64,000 bases of DNA from Saccharofermentans sp. Its GTDB lineage: Bacteria; Bacillota; Clostridia; Saccharofermentanales; Saccharofermentanaceae. Shown piece after piece: positions 40,566 through 51,210 of the stretch. The stretch covers positions 435 to 64,434 of the forward strand of contig JAEFBA010000004.1 in NCBI GenBank assembly GCA_016292145.1, given 5' to 3'. The position numbers and the translations under genes were made by a program. Position 1 is the first letter of the stretch. The number at the start of each line of letters is the position of its first letter. The notes beneath the pieces are model-generated. The model saw only the letters and a list, made by a program, of their open reading frames with translations, was not told the DNA's origin and did no database searches.

Positions 40566-43261
40566 TATTTAGCTTCCAGCCAATCCTTTCCGAAGCCGAC
40601 CTCTGCAAGAAGCGGAACGTTCAAAGATGCCGCCTTCTCCATTTCTTCCTTAAGGATGGATGCGCAAAGGTCCTTATCTTCAATATCGCATTCGCAAATG
40701 AGTTCGTCGTGCACCTGCATTACGAGCTTTGCAGAAGGCAGGCGCTCAGCTAATGCCTTGGACACACGGTTCATGGCGATCTTGATTATGTCTGCGGCAG
40801 TGCCCTGAATAGGAGTATTCATAGCTGCCCTGTAACCGAAATTCTTAATGTTCCTGTTCTGGCTTTTTAATTCGTTAAGTATTCTCTTACGGCCATACAT
40901 CGTTACCGCATAGCCCTTTTCTTCGCCTGACTTGCGTAAGGATTCAAGATAAGACGTAACGCCCGGGAACTGGTTGTTGTATTCCTTAATGAGGTCTGAA
41001 GCTTCCTTGTAACTGATACCGAGATCCGTCGCAAGCCCGTAATCAGAGATACCGTAGATGATACTGAAATTAACGGTCTTGGCCGTAGCTCTCATCTTAT
41101 GAGTAACCATGTCCTCTGTTACGCCATATACCTTTGCAGCCGTTCTCTTATGAATGTCTTCACCGTCAAGAAATGCCGAGCACATTACCTCATCGCCGCT
41201 TAATGCAGCAAGAAGCCTTAATTCGATCTGTGAATAGTCAGCATCAACAAGGATCTTTCCTTCCTCAGCGGTAAATGCTTCACGGAGTCTGGAACCTTCT
41301 TCGGTCCTGACAGGAATATTCTGGAGATTAGGTTCTGTCGAAGATAATCTGCCGGTGTTTGTCATTGCCTGAGTAAATGTCGTATGGATCCTAGAGTCGC
41401 TCTTAATAGCTCTGGCAAGGCCTACGGCATATGTGGAGTCGAGCTTTGACAGCTCTCTGTATTCGATGATGTAATCGATCTCAGGGAAATATGGTCTTAA
41501 TCTCTTAAGCTCATCTATGCCTGTCGAGAAATCACCGCTCTTGCCTTTCTTACCGGAAGGAAGATTTAGATGCTTCTCACCATATAAGACATCTGCAAGC
41601 TGCTTTGGAGATCCGATATTAAATTCTGTTCCGCAGGCATCGAAAACTCTCGCGCTTATATCTTCCAGGCGCTTTATATATTCGCTGTGAAGCTCAGAGA
41701 GTCTCTCACCTGATACGTGCATTCCGTTTCTCTCGATCTTATCAAGAGTTATTACAAGCGGGAATTCGATATCGTAAAGAAGGCTCTTTAAGTCATTATC
41801 CTTCTCGATGTCACGTGATATTACTTTCGCGATAGCCATAACAGCCAAAAGCTTAGACGCAGTCTCTTCGGCCTTGGATGAACCGTCATCTTCCGTGATC
41901 TCATCAAATAACGAAAGCTGCTTTACAGGTCCCTTCTTGTCTTCAACGGGATAAGCGGCCTTAAGGACGCTCTCATATAATCTCTGAAGATCCGGCTTTC
42001 CGGAAAGGATATTCAATACATATCCTGCTATCTCGCAATCGAAAACCGAATCAACAGAAGGCAGAGGTTCCTTAATGATCTTGGATCTGTCCTTGTATTC
42101 ATAAGATACAGGCATGACAGTACCGCCTGAAGAGATCTTGGAGAAATCCTCAGGATCTGTAACATAGAAAGTCTTTGAGCTCCAGTCAAGAAGGATGACT
42201 TTATTTCCCGAAGGCATATCAACAAAATCAATGCCGAGGTTGAGATCAGAAGCATCAATAGAAGACGGAACTTCGTATTTGATATTAAGTCCTGACTTCA
42301 AAGTCTTTTCGACTTCTTCAGATATGCCTGAAGTAAAATCATCGACTTCTTCAGTCGTCTCAAAAGATGCCGGTTTAACGTCTTCAAGATCGAGCTTCTT
42401 GATCAAAGATCTTAATGCAAGGCGGTTAAGAACGCCTGAAAGCGCAGGAAAATCACGTGTTGCCGAAGGATATAAGCAGTCTTTAGCACCTTCTTCGACG
42501 GGCGATTCGCGGTCGATCGTGCAGAGCTTTATATTAAGCTCCAGGAGCTCTTTGGAATTCTTAATCCGCTCGCCCAAAGCAGGAGATAACTTATCTGCAT
42601 TGTTAAACACTTCATCGCATGAACCATAGTCAGCAATAAGCTTAAACGCAGTCTTCTCGCCCACCTTCTCAACACCTTTGATGTTATCCGAATTATCGCC
42701 CATGAGGGCTTTTACCTGAACGAATACTTCAGGCTTAACGCCGTATGTCTCTTCAAACATCTTACGGTCGAATAAGACTCTGGGCTCTTTGCCCTTGCCC
42801 GACTGAGGCATGATAACGGAAACTTTGTCGGATATGAGCTGGAAATCGTCGTGGTCGCCTGAGAATATGTAGACATCCATGCCCTGCTCTTCGCCCTGTT
42901 TGGAAAGAGTTCCGATAAGGTCATCTGCTTCATATCCTGCAAGTTCCATACGCTTGATGCCGTAAAGGTCGAGCATGTTCTTAACAACGGGCATCTGGGC
43001 AGCCAGATCATCAGGCATGCCCTTACGGTTAGCCTTATAATCCGTGCTCATCTTATGCCTGAATGTAGGCTCTCTCCTGTCGAAAAGCACACACATATAA
43101 TCCGGGTTATATTCCTTCATGACGCCAAGAACGGAATTAAAGAAACCGTTTACGGCACCTGTAGGAGTTCCGTCAGGCGCTGTCATTGGAGCTCTGCCAA
43201 TTACGGCATAGTAAGCTCTGTTTATTATCGAGTTGCCGTCAACAAGAAGGAGTGTACTCAT
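40565..43261 (-). CDS. polA: DNA polymerase I
   Basis: 5'-3' exonuclease LVDGNS/YKANR/YEADD/GDNSDNI; polymerase TGRLSS.EPNLQNIP, ADYSQIELR, AKTVNF, QGTAADIIK, QVHDEL. Confidence 0.98.
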   Translation of the reverse strand: MSTLLLVDGNSIINRAYYAVIGRAPMTAPDGTPTGAVNGFFNSVLGVMKEYNPDYMCVLFDRREPTFRHKMSTDYKANRKGMPDDLAAQMPVVKNMLDLYGIKRMELAGYEADDLIGTLSKQGEEQGMDVYIFSGDHDDFQLISDKVSVIMPQSGKGKEPRVLFDRKMFEETYGVKPEVFVQVKALMGDNSDNIKGVEKVGEKTAFKLIADYGSCDEVFNNADKLSPALGERIKNSKELLELNIKLCTIDRESPVEEGAKDCLYPSATRDFPALSGVLNRLALRSLIKKLDLEDVKPASFETTEEVDDFTSGISEEVEKTLKSGLNIKYEVPSSIDASDLNLGIDFVDMPSGNKVILLDWSSKTFYVTDPEDFSKISSGGTVMPVSYEYKDRSKIIKEPLPSVDSVFDCEIAGYVLNILSGKPDLQRLYESVLKAAYPVEDKKGPVKQLSLFDEITEDDGSSKAEETASKLLAVMAIAKVISRDIEKDNDLKSLLYDIEFPLVITLDKIERNGMHVSGERLSELHSEYIKRLEDISARVFDACGTEFNIGSPKQLADVLYGEKHLNLPSGKKGKSGDFSTGIDELKRLRPYFPEIDYIIEYRELSKLDSTYAVGLARAIKSDSRIHTTFTQAMTNTGRLSSTEPNLQNIPVRTEEGSRLREAFTAEEGKILVDADYSQIELRLLAALSGDEVMCSAFLDGEDIHKRTAAKVYGVTEDMVTHKMRATAKTVNFSIIYGISDYGLATDLGISYKEASDLIKEYNNQFPGVTSYLESLRKSGEEKGYAVTMYGRKRILNELKSQNRNIKNFGYRAAMNTPIQGTAADIIKIAMNRVSKALAERLPSAKLVMQVHDELICECDIEDKDLCASILKEEMEKAASLNVPLLAEVGFGKDWLEAK

Positions 43262-43263
43262 CT

Positions 43264-46200
43264 TTAACCCTCTTTAGCTTTCTTCTCATCTTCGATTTCC
43301 TGCTCCCTTACGGCACGCGCTGTGCTGATCATGAGCTTGATACGGTTAAGCTGGTTAGCTTCTGATGCGCCCGGATCATAGTCGATCGGAACGATATTTG
43401 ACTTAGGATACTGTCTTCTCAATTCCTTGATCATGCCCTTGCCTGTTACATGGTTAGGAAGGCATGCGAAAGGCTGAGCGCAGATAATGTTCGGAACGCC
43501 GTCCTGGATAAGCTCGATCATCTCTGCAGTAAGGAACCATCCCTCTCCGCAGGAGTTGCCGCAGCTTAATACTGTAGATGACTTTTCTGCGAGTTCCTGG
43601 ATCCTCTCGGTCAGCATGAACTTACCGTTGGTCTTTGCAAATTCCTTGTTGATAGGCTTTCTCAAAGACTCCAGGAATTTAATTGCAGTCTTCATGATAT
43701 AGCCGGTCTTCTTACTCTTGCCGAGGTTCTGAGCCTGCCATACAGGGTTATAAGCGCAGTACAGGAAGAAGTCTAATACACCGGGTAATACCGCTTCGCA
43801 TCCTTCAGCTTCAATAACATCAATAGCGTTGTTGTTAGCGTCAGGCTGGAACTTAACAAGGATCTCGCCTACAAGACCTACACGGGGCTTTCTCGGAATA
43901 TCTGCCAAAGGAAGCGCATCGAACTTAGATACTGCGAACCTGACGAATTCCTTATACTTCGTGATGACCGGAGGATTATCGAAATCAACACCGATCTGAG
44001 ACAAGCAATCCAATATCTCCTTCTTCTCCTCGATGGACTTGGAGAAGTAGCTGTTAGGCATCATGACATCGTATCTCTCGGTAAGATCATCGCTTAAGCT
44101 CTTAGGATTAAAGAGCTTTCTGCCGATCCTGTTGATGTAGGAATACAAAGCGTTTGCAGAACCCGGAACCTTCTCGTAAGGTCTTACTCTGAGGAGCAAT
44201 GTGGAGAGCATATCGCCTGCGCAGAGTGCCTTGATGGCATCGAGCGCGAAAGAAGCCGTATATTCAAATCCCTCATTCTTCTCAAATCTCTGTGCAGAGA
44301 TAGTGATAACCGGGATCTGAGGATACCCTGCTTCCTTCAAAGCCTTACGCAGGAATGCTACATAGTTCGTAGCACGGCATCCGCCGCCCGTCTGCGTTAT
44401 TGCAAGTGTCGTATTATCAGGATCGATCTCGCCTTTTAAGATCGCATTGATCATCTGGCCGACAACGATGATCGTCGGGAAGCATGCGTCGTTATTAACG
44501 AACTTAAGACCGCACTCGATATCTTCACGGGTAGCCTGCTTCAAGAGCTTTAACTTATATCCGTGCTTATGGAATACAGACTCGACGAGCTCGAACTGGA
44601 CAGGCGCCATCTGGGGTGCCAGGATAGTGTGATTCTTCTTGTGTTCCTTAGTAAATTCAACACGCTGCAAAGTATAAGGCGCACTGTCATTTTCTTCAGG
44701 AACAAATACCCTTGCTTCGCCCTTGTCAATAAGTTCCTGACGCTCGTTCATTGCAACTACAAGAGATCTCATTCTGATCCTTGCTGCGCCCAAGTTGCTT
44801 ACTTCGTCGATCTTAAGGAGCGTGTAGAGCTTGCCTGATGTCTCAAGGATCTCCTGAACCTGGTCAGATGTAACGGCATCAAGGCCGCAGCCGAAGCTTG
44901 TAAGCTGTACAAGCTCTAAGTCAGGTCTTGTAATAACGAATGCAGCTGCCTCATAAAGTCTCGTGTGATACATCCACTGGTCGATAACTCTGATAGGACG
45001 CTTTAATACACCGGGCTTTGCAACTGAATCTTCAGTAAGTACTGCAAGACCAAGAGAATTGATCATCTGAGGGATACCGTGGTTGATCTCAGGATCGCAG
45101 TGATAAGGTCTGCCTGCAAGAACGATTCCCTTAAGGCCCTTTTCCTCCATCTCCTTAAGGATCTCACGGCCCTTCGCTTTGATGTCTTCCTTGTACTTGA
45201 AGTACTCCTCTGCACCTGCCTGAACTGCCTGCTTTGCTTCCTCAGCGGAAACACCAAGATAATCGAAGCACTCTGTAAGATGGAGAGCTACATTATCAAG
45301 GTTGTCCAAAGGCATGAAAGGATTTAAGTATCTGATGTTCTTTTCGAGAAGGTTCTCAACATTATTTCTGATAACCTCAGGATAAGAACATACGATAGGA
45401 CAATTGTAGTGGTTATTCGAATTCTGGTTCTCGATATTCTCATAAGGAACATCAGGATAGAAGATCGTCGTAATTCCGCGGTCAATGAGATTCTCGATAT
45501 GGCCGTGGGCAAGCTTTGCAGGATAGCAGACTGACTCAGACGGAATCGTCTCCATACCGCCTTCGTAGATCTTATGAGAAGATCTTGCGGAGATAAGCAC
45601 TCTGAATCCGAGCTTTGTAAGTACGGTAAACCAGAAAGGATAATTCTCATACTGGTTAAGTACACGCGGTATTCCGATCTCGCCTCTCGGAGCATCCTCA
45701 AGCTTTAACGGCTTATAGTAGCTGAATGTTCTTGAATACTTGTAATCGAAAAGATTAGGGAGCTTCTTCTTATCGCTTGCAGGCTCCCTGTCGAGCGCCA
45801 GATCCTCACCTCTCTCGCAGCGGTTGCCTGATACGAACTTCGTGCCGTTCGAGAACGTAGCGATCGTAAGGCGGCAGTGATTTGTGCAGCCCTGGCACTG
45901 TGTATTCTCGGTATCCATCTTGAATGAATCAAGTTCATCCTTTCCGAGAACATTGGATCTGCCATCTTCATGGCCTCTCTTACGTGCGATGAGAGCAGCG
46001 CCGAATGCACCCATGAGACCTGCAACATTAGGTCTGATAACGTCTCTTCCGGATACGAGTTCAAAGCAGCGGAGAATAGCATCGTTAAGGAATGTACCAC
46101 CCTGAACGACGATATTCTTTCCGAGCTGTTCTGTATCACGGATCTTGATTACCTTATAGAGCGCATTTCTTACAACTGAATATGAAAGGCCGGCAGAGAT

Positions 46201-47709
46201 ATCGCCTACGGAAGCGCCTTCCTTCTGCGCCTGCTTAACCTTGGAGTTCATGAATACGGTACAGCGTGTACCGAGATCTACAGGCTTAGTCGAAGATAGA
46301 GCAGCTTCAGCAAACTCAGGCGTTGTAAGGCCAAGAGTCTGGGCGAATGTCTGGATAAATGAACCGCAGCCTGATGAACATGCCTCATTGAGCATGATGG
46401 AATCGATAACACCGTTCCTGATCTTCATGCACTTCATGTCCTGGCCGCCGATATCGATGATGAAATCAACATCCGGGCAGAAGAACTTCGCAGACTGGAA
46501 GTGAGCCATCGTCTCGATCTCACCTTCGTCAATGTTCAAAGCAGCCTTGATGATGTTCTCACCGTAACCGGTAACGCAAGAATGAGCGATATAGCAGTCT
46601 TCAGGCATCTTTGAATAGATATCCTTCATGATCGCAACGGCGCTCATTACAGGATTGCCCTTGTTGCTTGCATAATATGTGTAAACGAGGTCGCCCACTC
46701 TGTTAATGACAACAGCCTTTGTCGTTGTTGATCCTGCGTCTACACCAAGGAACAAAGCTCCCGTCTGGTCCTTAATGTTAAGCACCGGGATCTGGTCCTT
46801 CATGTGACGCTCATCGAAGGCTTTCTTATCTTCCTTGCTCTTGAAGATAGGATCGATCCTGATGATGTCCGGAACGAAGCCTTCCCTGTTCTTAAGCTTT
46901 TCGAGCAAGTCGGAAAGATTAACAGGATTCTGTCCGTCAGCTGATAAAGCAGCGCCTAAAGCAACGTAGATCTGCGCTTCTTCAGGCATCCAGAATGAAT
47001 CGACCTTATCCTTTAATGTACGCTCAAAAGCATTTCTAAGCTCTGAGTTGAAGAACAAAGGACCGCCTAAGAAAGTGACATTGCCCTTGATAGGTCTTCC
47101 GCATGCAAGGCCTGAGATAGTCTGGTTAACGACAGACTGGTATATCGATGCGGCAAGGTCTTCTTTTGCAGCGCCTTCATTGATAAGGGGCTGCAAGTCA
47201 GATTTAGCGAAAACGCCGCAGCGTGAAGCGATCGTATAAAGTGATCTGTAATCTTTAGCAAAGTTGTTAAGACCGTCAGCATCCGTCTGAAGGAGTGATG
47301 CCATCTGGTCAATGAAAGATCCCGTACCGCCTGCGCATGTACCGTTCATTCGCTGTTCAAGCACAGGATGCATATATGTGATCTTGGCGTCCTCACCGCC
47401 GAGCTCGATAATTACGTCAGTCTCAGGATGATATGTCTTTATAGCCTGAGTCTCAGCCATAACTTCCTGTGTAAACTTAAAACCGAGCCAGTTGGCTACT
47501 GAAAGTCCGCCTGAACCGGTAATAACGACATCAACGTCGATTCCGGGGAACTTCTTGTTCAGATCTTCGAAAAGATCATTTAAAAGGCCTGAGACATCCG
47601 AATGGTGTCTCTGATAATCGCTGTGGATTATCTTCTCGCCGTCTAAAAGAACGACTTTGATCGTTGTAGATCCGATATCAAGACCAAGCTTGTATACCTT
47701 GTCCATCAC
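43264..47709 (-). CDS. Large CoA-substrate-specific activase fusion (two BadF/BadG/BcrA/BcrD ASKHA domains, DUF2229-like region, dehydratase-like C-terminus)
   Basis: GLDIGSTT..ELGGED..MNGTCAGGTG..RCGVF; second GVDAGSTT..DIGGQD..NEACSSGCG..RCTVF; SFGCGLD; QPFACLPNH. Confidence 0.88.
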   Translation of the reverse strand: MMDKVYKLGLDIGSTTIKVVLLDGEKIIHSDYQRHHSDVSGLLNDLFEDLNKKFPGIDVDVVITGSGGLSVANWLGFKFTQEVMAETQAIKTYHPETDVIIELGGEDAKITYMHPVLEQRMNGTCAGGTGSFIDQMASLLQTDADGLNNFAKDYRSLYTIASRCGVFAKSDLQPLINEGAAKEDLAASIYQSVVNQTISGLACGRPIKGNVTFLGGPLFFNSELRNAFERTLKDKVDSFWMPEEAQIYVALGAALSADGQNPVNLSDLLEKLKNREGFVPDIIRIDPIFKSKEDKKAFDERHMKDQIPVLNIKDQTGALFLGVDAGSTTTKAVVINRVGDLVYTYYASNKGNPVMSAVAIMKDIYSKMPEDCYIAHSCVTGYGENIIKAALNIDEGEIETMAHFQSAKFFCPDVDFIIDIGGQDMKCMKIRNGVIDSIMLNEACSSGCGSFIQTFAQTLGLTTPEFAEAALSSTKPVDLGTRCTVFMNSKVKQAQKEGASVGDISAGLSYSVVRNALYKVIKIRDTEQLGKNIVVQGGTFLNDAILRCFELVSGRDVIRPNVAGLMGAFGAALIARKRGHEDGRSNVLGKDELDSFKMDTENTQCQGCTNHCRLTIATFSNGTKFVSGNRCERGEDLALDREPASDKKKLPNLFDYKYSRTFSYYKPLKLEDAPRGEIGIPRVLNQYENYPFWFTVLTKLGFRVLISARSSHKIYEGGMETIPSESVCYPAKLAHGHIENLIDRGITTIFYPDVPYENIENQNSNNHYNCPIVCSYPEVIRNNVENLLEKNIRYLNPFMPLDNLDNVALHLTECFDYLGVSAEEAKQAVQAGAEEYFKYKEDIKAKGREILKEMEEKGLKGIVLAGRPYHCDPEINHGIPQMINSLGLAVLTEDSVAKPGVLKRPIRVIDQWMYHTRLYEAAAFVITRPDLELVQLTSFGCGLDAVTSDQVQEILETSGKLYTLLKIDEVSNLGAARIRMRSLVVAMNERQELIDKGEARVFVPEENDSAPYTLQRVEFTKEHKKNHTILAPQMAPVQFELVESVFHKHGYKLKLLKQATREDIECGLKFVNNDACFPTIIVVGQMINAILKGEIDPDNTTLAITQTGGGCRATNYVAFLRKALKEAGYPQIPVITISAQRFEKNEGFEYTASFALDAIKALCAGDMLSTLLLRVRPYEKVPGSANALYSYINRIGRKLFNPKSLSDDLTERYDVMMPNSYFSKSIEEKKEILDCLSQIGVDFDNPPVITKYKEFVRFAVSKFDALPLADIPRKPRVGLVGEILVKFQPDANNNAIDVIEAEGCEAVLPGVLDFFLYCAYNPVWQAQNLGKSKKTGYIMKTAIKFLESLRKPINKEFAKTNGKFMLTERIQELAEKSSTVLSCGNSCGEGWFLTAEMIELIQDGVPNIICAQPFACLPNHVTGKGMIKELRRQYPKSNIVPIDYDPGASEANQLNRIKLMISTARAVREQEIEDEKKAKEG

Positions 47710-47724
47710 TTAACCTCCAAGTGG

Positions 47725-48504
47725 TTATCTGTTAGTCTTGGGCGTGCCCTTAGGCTGCGCCTGATTATGAACTACGTTATTACCCGAATTTCTGTAGTTC
47801 TTATTGGAAGAGCCGGACGCGCGGCTCCTTGTTGTTTTCTTACGCGGCTGAATGGAACCGAATAACTTAAAGGATTTATCCTTAAGATCCATGAGCCAGT
47901 TCATCTGCTCTGATCTCAGAGCGTCCTTGAAATTCCTGGAATCAAGACCCTGCTTAAATTCAGCACTCAATGATACTCTCAAGAGCTCATCCGGAATTCC
48001 TAAAGATAAGTCAAAAGGCTTTCCGAAGGAATCAAAGACCTCAAGCTGCAATGAATCACAAACGGTCTTGCAGTTAGCCTCATAAATAGCTACGTCGCAC
48101 TTAATGCCAAGCTGGGTCATAAGACCGGTAAAATTCAACGTGATATAAGGCAGATTGCTCGAAAAGATCAAATGAAGGCATATAAGCTTCATATAGGACT
48201 CAAGGCAGATACATTCCTGATCGCATATCAGTGACAGATCACCTTCAGCGGTCATCTTTGAAATATCAGCCTTCTCATTCTCAAAGCCGTTAGCCCACAG
48301 AAAATATAGCTCTCTGTAGACTTCTTTCTTAAAAGATTCGAAATCACGTGTAAGAGGCTCAGCCAGAACCTTACTGCCGAGATTAAAGATATACTGCATA
48401 TATGACACTTCAAGATAGCTCGGAACCGAGAAATACTTGAAATAAGCCGCAACATCACGGCTGTTGTAGATATATTTGCGCAAAAAGACATCTCCTGTCC
48501 GCAT
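47725..48504 (-). CDS. Hypothetical protein
   Basis: 259-aa ORF filling the uppP-activase gap; true start may be TTG 48483 behind AGGAGA; basic, low-complexity C-terminal tail. Confidence 0.7.
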   Translation of the reverse strand: MRTGDVFLRKYIYNSRDVAAYFKYFSVPSYLEVSYMQYIFNLGSKVLAEPLTRDFESFKKEVYRELYFLWANGFENEKADISKMTAEGDLSLICDQECICLESYMKLICLHLIFSSNLPYITLNFTGLMTQLGIKCDVAIYEANCKTVCDSLQLEVFDSFGKPFDLSLGIPDELLRVSLSAEFKQGLDSRNFKDALRSEQMNWLMDLKDKSFKLFGSIQPRKKTTRSRASGSSNKNYRNSGNNVVHNQAQPKGTPKTNR

Positions 48505-48581
48505 AATAATTCATTGTGAATTATAGCATAAACAAGCTAATATACTTATTAAAAATATAAGAGATATATGGCAATCGGTAA

Positions 48582-49460
48582 TTAAGCCGGTGTACCTGCT
48601 CCGCCGATAACACCGCAGGCACCGAGAATAAGCACGAGAAGGCCTAATCCGATACGGTACCATCCGAAGCATGAGAAAGTATGCTTTCTGATGAATGCCA
48701 TGAGCTGCTTGATGATAAGAAGGCTGACACCGAATGCCGTAACCATTCCTACAAGAAGAAGTCCAACCTCATGAGCAGTTACTCCGCCGTCATACTTAAC
48801 GATCTTAAGAAGGCTTGCGCCGAACATTACAGGGATCGCAAGGAAGAATGTAAATTTAGCAGCAGCTTCCCTCTTGATTCCGATAGCAATGGAACCTACG
48901 ATCGTAGATCCGGATCTGGATGCACCCGGGAATATGGCAGCGAAGAGCTGGAAAATGCCGATTGCAAGCGCATGTCCCCAGTTGAGCTGGTTAACTGTCT
49001 TAACAACGGGATTTCTGTTCTTCATGAGATATTCGACTACAATAAAAGCAACACCGAACACGATAAGAGCGATCGCAACGACAAAATAGTTATAGAGATG
49101 CTCGTCGAGCCAGTCATCGAAAAGAACACCGATAATTGCTGCAGGAACGCATGCCAAGGCTATCTTAAGCCAAAGGATGATCTTATCCTTCATTACATAT
49201 CTGCCGATGCCGCTCCTTGAGAACGGATGATCGTTATTCTTAATACCAAAGGGCCAGATTTCCTTCCAGAAGATAACAACAACGGCCAAAATAGCACCTA
49301 ACTGGATGACTACGAGATAAAGGTCATAGAATTCAGGCGAGACATTGAGCTTCAAGAACTCATTTAAGATGATCATATGTCCTGTTGAACTTACAGGAAG
49401 CCATTCTGTAATGCCTTCAACAACGCCAAAAATAAAAGCAATAAAATAATCCCAGATCAT
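48582..49460 (-). CDS. uppP: Undecaprenyl-diphosphatase
   Basis: VEGITEWLPVSSTGH, IQLGAILAV, PGASRSG, FFLAIP. Confidence 0.96.
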   Translation of the reverse strand: MIWDYFIAFIFGVVEGITEWLPVSSTGHMIILNEFLKLNVSPEFYDLYLVVIQLGAILAVVVIFWKEIWPFGIKNNDHPFSRSGIGRYVMKDKIILWLKIALACVPAAIIGVLFDDWLDEHLYNYFVVAIALIVFGVAFIVVEYLMKNRNPVVKTVNQLNWGHALAIGIFQLFAAIFPGASRSGSTIVGSIAIGIKREAAAKFTFFLAIPVMFGASLLKIVKYDGGVTAHEVGLLLVGMVTAFGVSLLIIKQLMAFIRKHTFSCFGWYRIGLGLLVLILGACGVIGGAGTPA

Positions 49461-49494
49461 ATTCTAAACTCCTCTTTTCCTTAAAACCCCAAAA

Positions 49495-51177
49495 TCATAA
49501 CACATTAATCATTCTGTTATATGCGCAAACTACGGCACGAACGGAAGATTTTGTGACAGAGCTTGATACTCCTGCGCCGATATAGGTCTGTTTATTGGCT
49601 TTGTTGGCAATCTCAATGTATGTGATAGCCGCAGAGTCAGAACCTGATTTCATAGCATGCTCCGAGTAATTTGAGATAGAGAACTCAACACCCGTATAGT
49701 CGCAAAAGCCCCTGACGAATGCATCGAGAAGACCGTTACCCTTACCCCTGATGGTAACTTCCTTTCCGTGATCAACGATAAGAGCTTCAACTGTGGATAC
49801 CTGATCGGAATCCTGCTGCTCTGAGAAGTTCTTAAGGCCGTAAGGCTCAAGAACATTGATGTATTTGTCATCGAACAGATCGAAGATCTGCTGGGGAGTA
49901 AGCTCATTCTCAGTGCCGTTCTCTTCTGTCGCAGCCTTAACCACAGGCAGGAAATCACGCTGGAACGCCTTCGGGAGCTGGACTCCGAAGTAAGTCTCCA
50001 TAACATAAGCGATACCGCCCCTTCCCGACTGGGAATTAATTCGGATGATAGGCTCATACTCCCTGCCGACATCCTTGGGATCGATCGGAAGATAAGGAAC
50101 TGCCCAAATGGTCTCTCCCCTCTCTTCCATCTTCTTTCTGCCCTTATTGATCGCATCCTGGTGTGATCCTGAGAAAGCGGTAAATACGAGCTTTCCTGCC
50201 CAAGGGTGCCTCGGTTCGACCTTCATGCCGGTAAGTTCCTCATAGATATCAATGGTCTTATTGATATTGGAGAAATCAAGTCCCGGGTTGATCCCGAGCA
50301 TCATCATATTGATCGCAAGCGTAATGATATCAACGTTTCCGGTCCTCTCTCCGTTGCCGAACAAAGTACCTTCGACTCTGTCAGCGCCGGCCATGAGTCC
50401 GAATTCCGAAGTGGCAACTGCCGTACCTCTGTCATTATGGGTATGGAGCGATACGATAATAGAATCCCTCCACTTGGTCTTGGAGCAGAAATACTCGATC
50501 TGATCCGCATAGACATTGGCAGTCTGATACTCAACTGTCTCAGGCAGGTTGATTATCGCCTTCTTCTCAGGTGTGGGCTGCCATACCTCAAGAACGCTGT
50601 CGCAGATCTTTACGGCAAAATCGAGCTCCGTATCGGAGAACGCCTCCGGCGAATACTCAAGGATAAAGTTCGTACCGCTCTTGTCCTCATTTATCCTGCC
50701 GATTATCATTTTCGCGCCATCTACGGCAAGCTTGATGCATTCGTCGCAGGAAAAATCGAAAACAACGTCCCTGTGGAGCGTGCTCGTCGCATTATAAAGA
50801 TGGATAATGACATTCGGAGCGCCCTTTACGGCTTCCATCGTCTTATCGATTATGTGCTCTCTGGACTGGGTTAAGACCTGGATCGCAACATCTGAAGGGA
50901 TCAGATTATTGTCGATCAGATATCTGCAGAAGTTATAGTCCGTGTCAGAAGCAGCCGGGAATCCGATCTCGATCTCTTTAAACCCGATGGAGCATAAATA
51001 TTCAAAGAATTCGACCTTTTCCTCTAAAGTCATGGGAACTTCAAGGGCCTGATTACCGTCTCTTAAGTCAACAGAACACCATATAGGTGCCTTGGTTATC
51101 TTGTTTGAAGGCCACTTTCTGTCCGGCAGATCGACTGTCGGATGAGCCTTATATCTTCGGTAATTCATGTCAGCCAT
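49495..51177 (-). CDS. leuA: 2-isopropylmalate synthase (yeast/mycobacterial-type LeuA)
   Basis: WCSVDLRDGNQAL, EYSPE, SLHTHNDRG, FGNGERTGNVD, AFSGSHQDAI, RINSQSG. Confidence 0.93.
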   Translation of the reverse strand: MADMNYRRYKAHPTVDLPDRKWPSNKITKAPIWCSVDLRDGNQALEVPMTLEEKVEFFEYLCSIGFKEIEIGFPAASDTDYNFCRYLIDNNLIPSDVAIQVLTQSREHIIDKTMEAVKGAPNVIIHLYNATSTLHRDVVFDFSCDECIKLAVDGAKMIIGRINEDKSGTNFILEYSPEAFSDTELDFAVKICDSVLEVWQPTPEKKAIINLPETVEYQTANVYADQIEYFCSKTKWRDSIIVSLHTHNDRGTAVATSEFGLMAGADRVEGTLFGNGERTGNVDIITLAINMMMLGINPGLDFSNINKTIDIYEELTGMKVEPRHPWAGKLVFTAFSGSHQDAINKGRKKMEERGETIWAVPYLPIDPKDVGREYEPIIRINSQSGRGGIAYVMETYFGVQLPKAFQRDFLPVVKAATEENGTENELTPQQIFDLFDDKYINVLEPYGLKNFSEQQDSDQVSTVEALIVDHGKEVTIRGKGNGLLDAFVRGFCDYTGVEFSISNYSEHAMKSGSDSAAITYIEIANKANKQTYIGAGVSSSVTKSSVRAVVCAYNRMINVL

Positions 51178-51210
51178 AAACTTTCCTCCACCCTAGAAGC
51201 TTAAAGCCTG

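Noticed and set aside
41900-42400. Possible insertion or intein in polA
   Set aside because: Corresponds to the degenerate 3'-5' exonuclease region usual in Firmicute PolA; total length is normal and no intein motifs are seen.
50206-50874. 222-aa plus-strand ORF
   Set aside because: Antisense shadow of leuA with no protein-like features.
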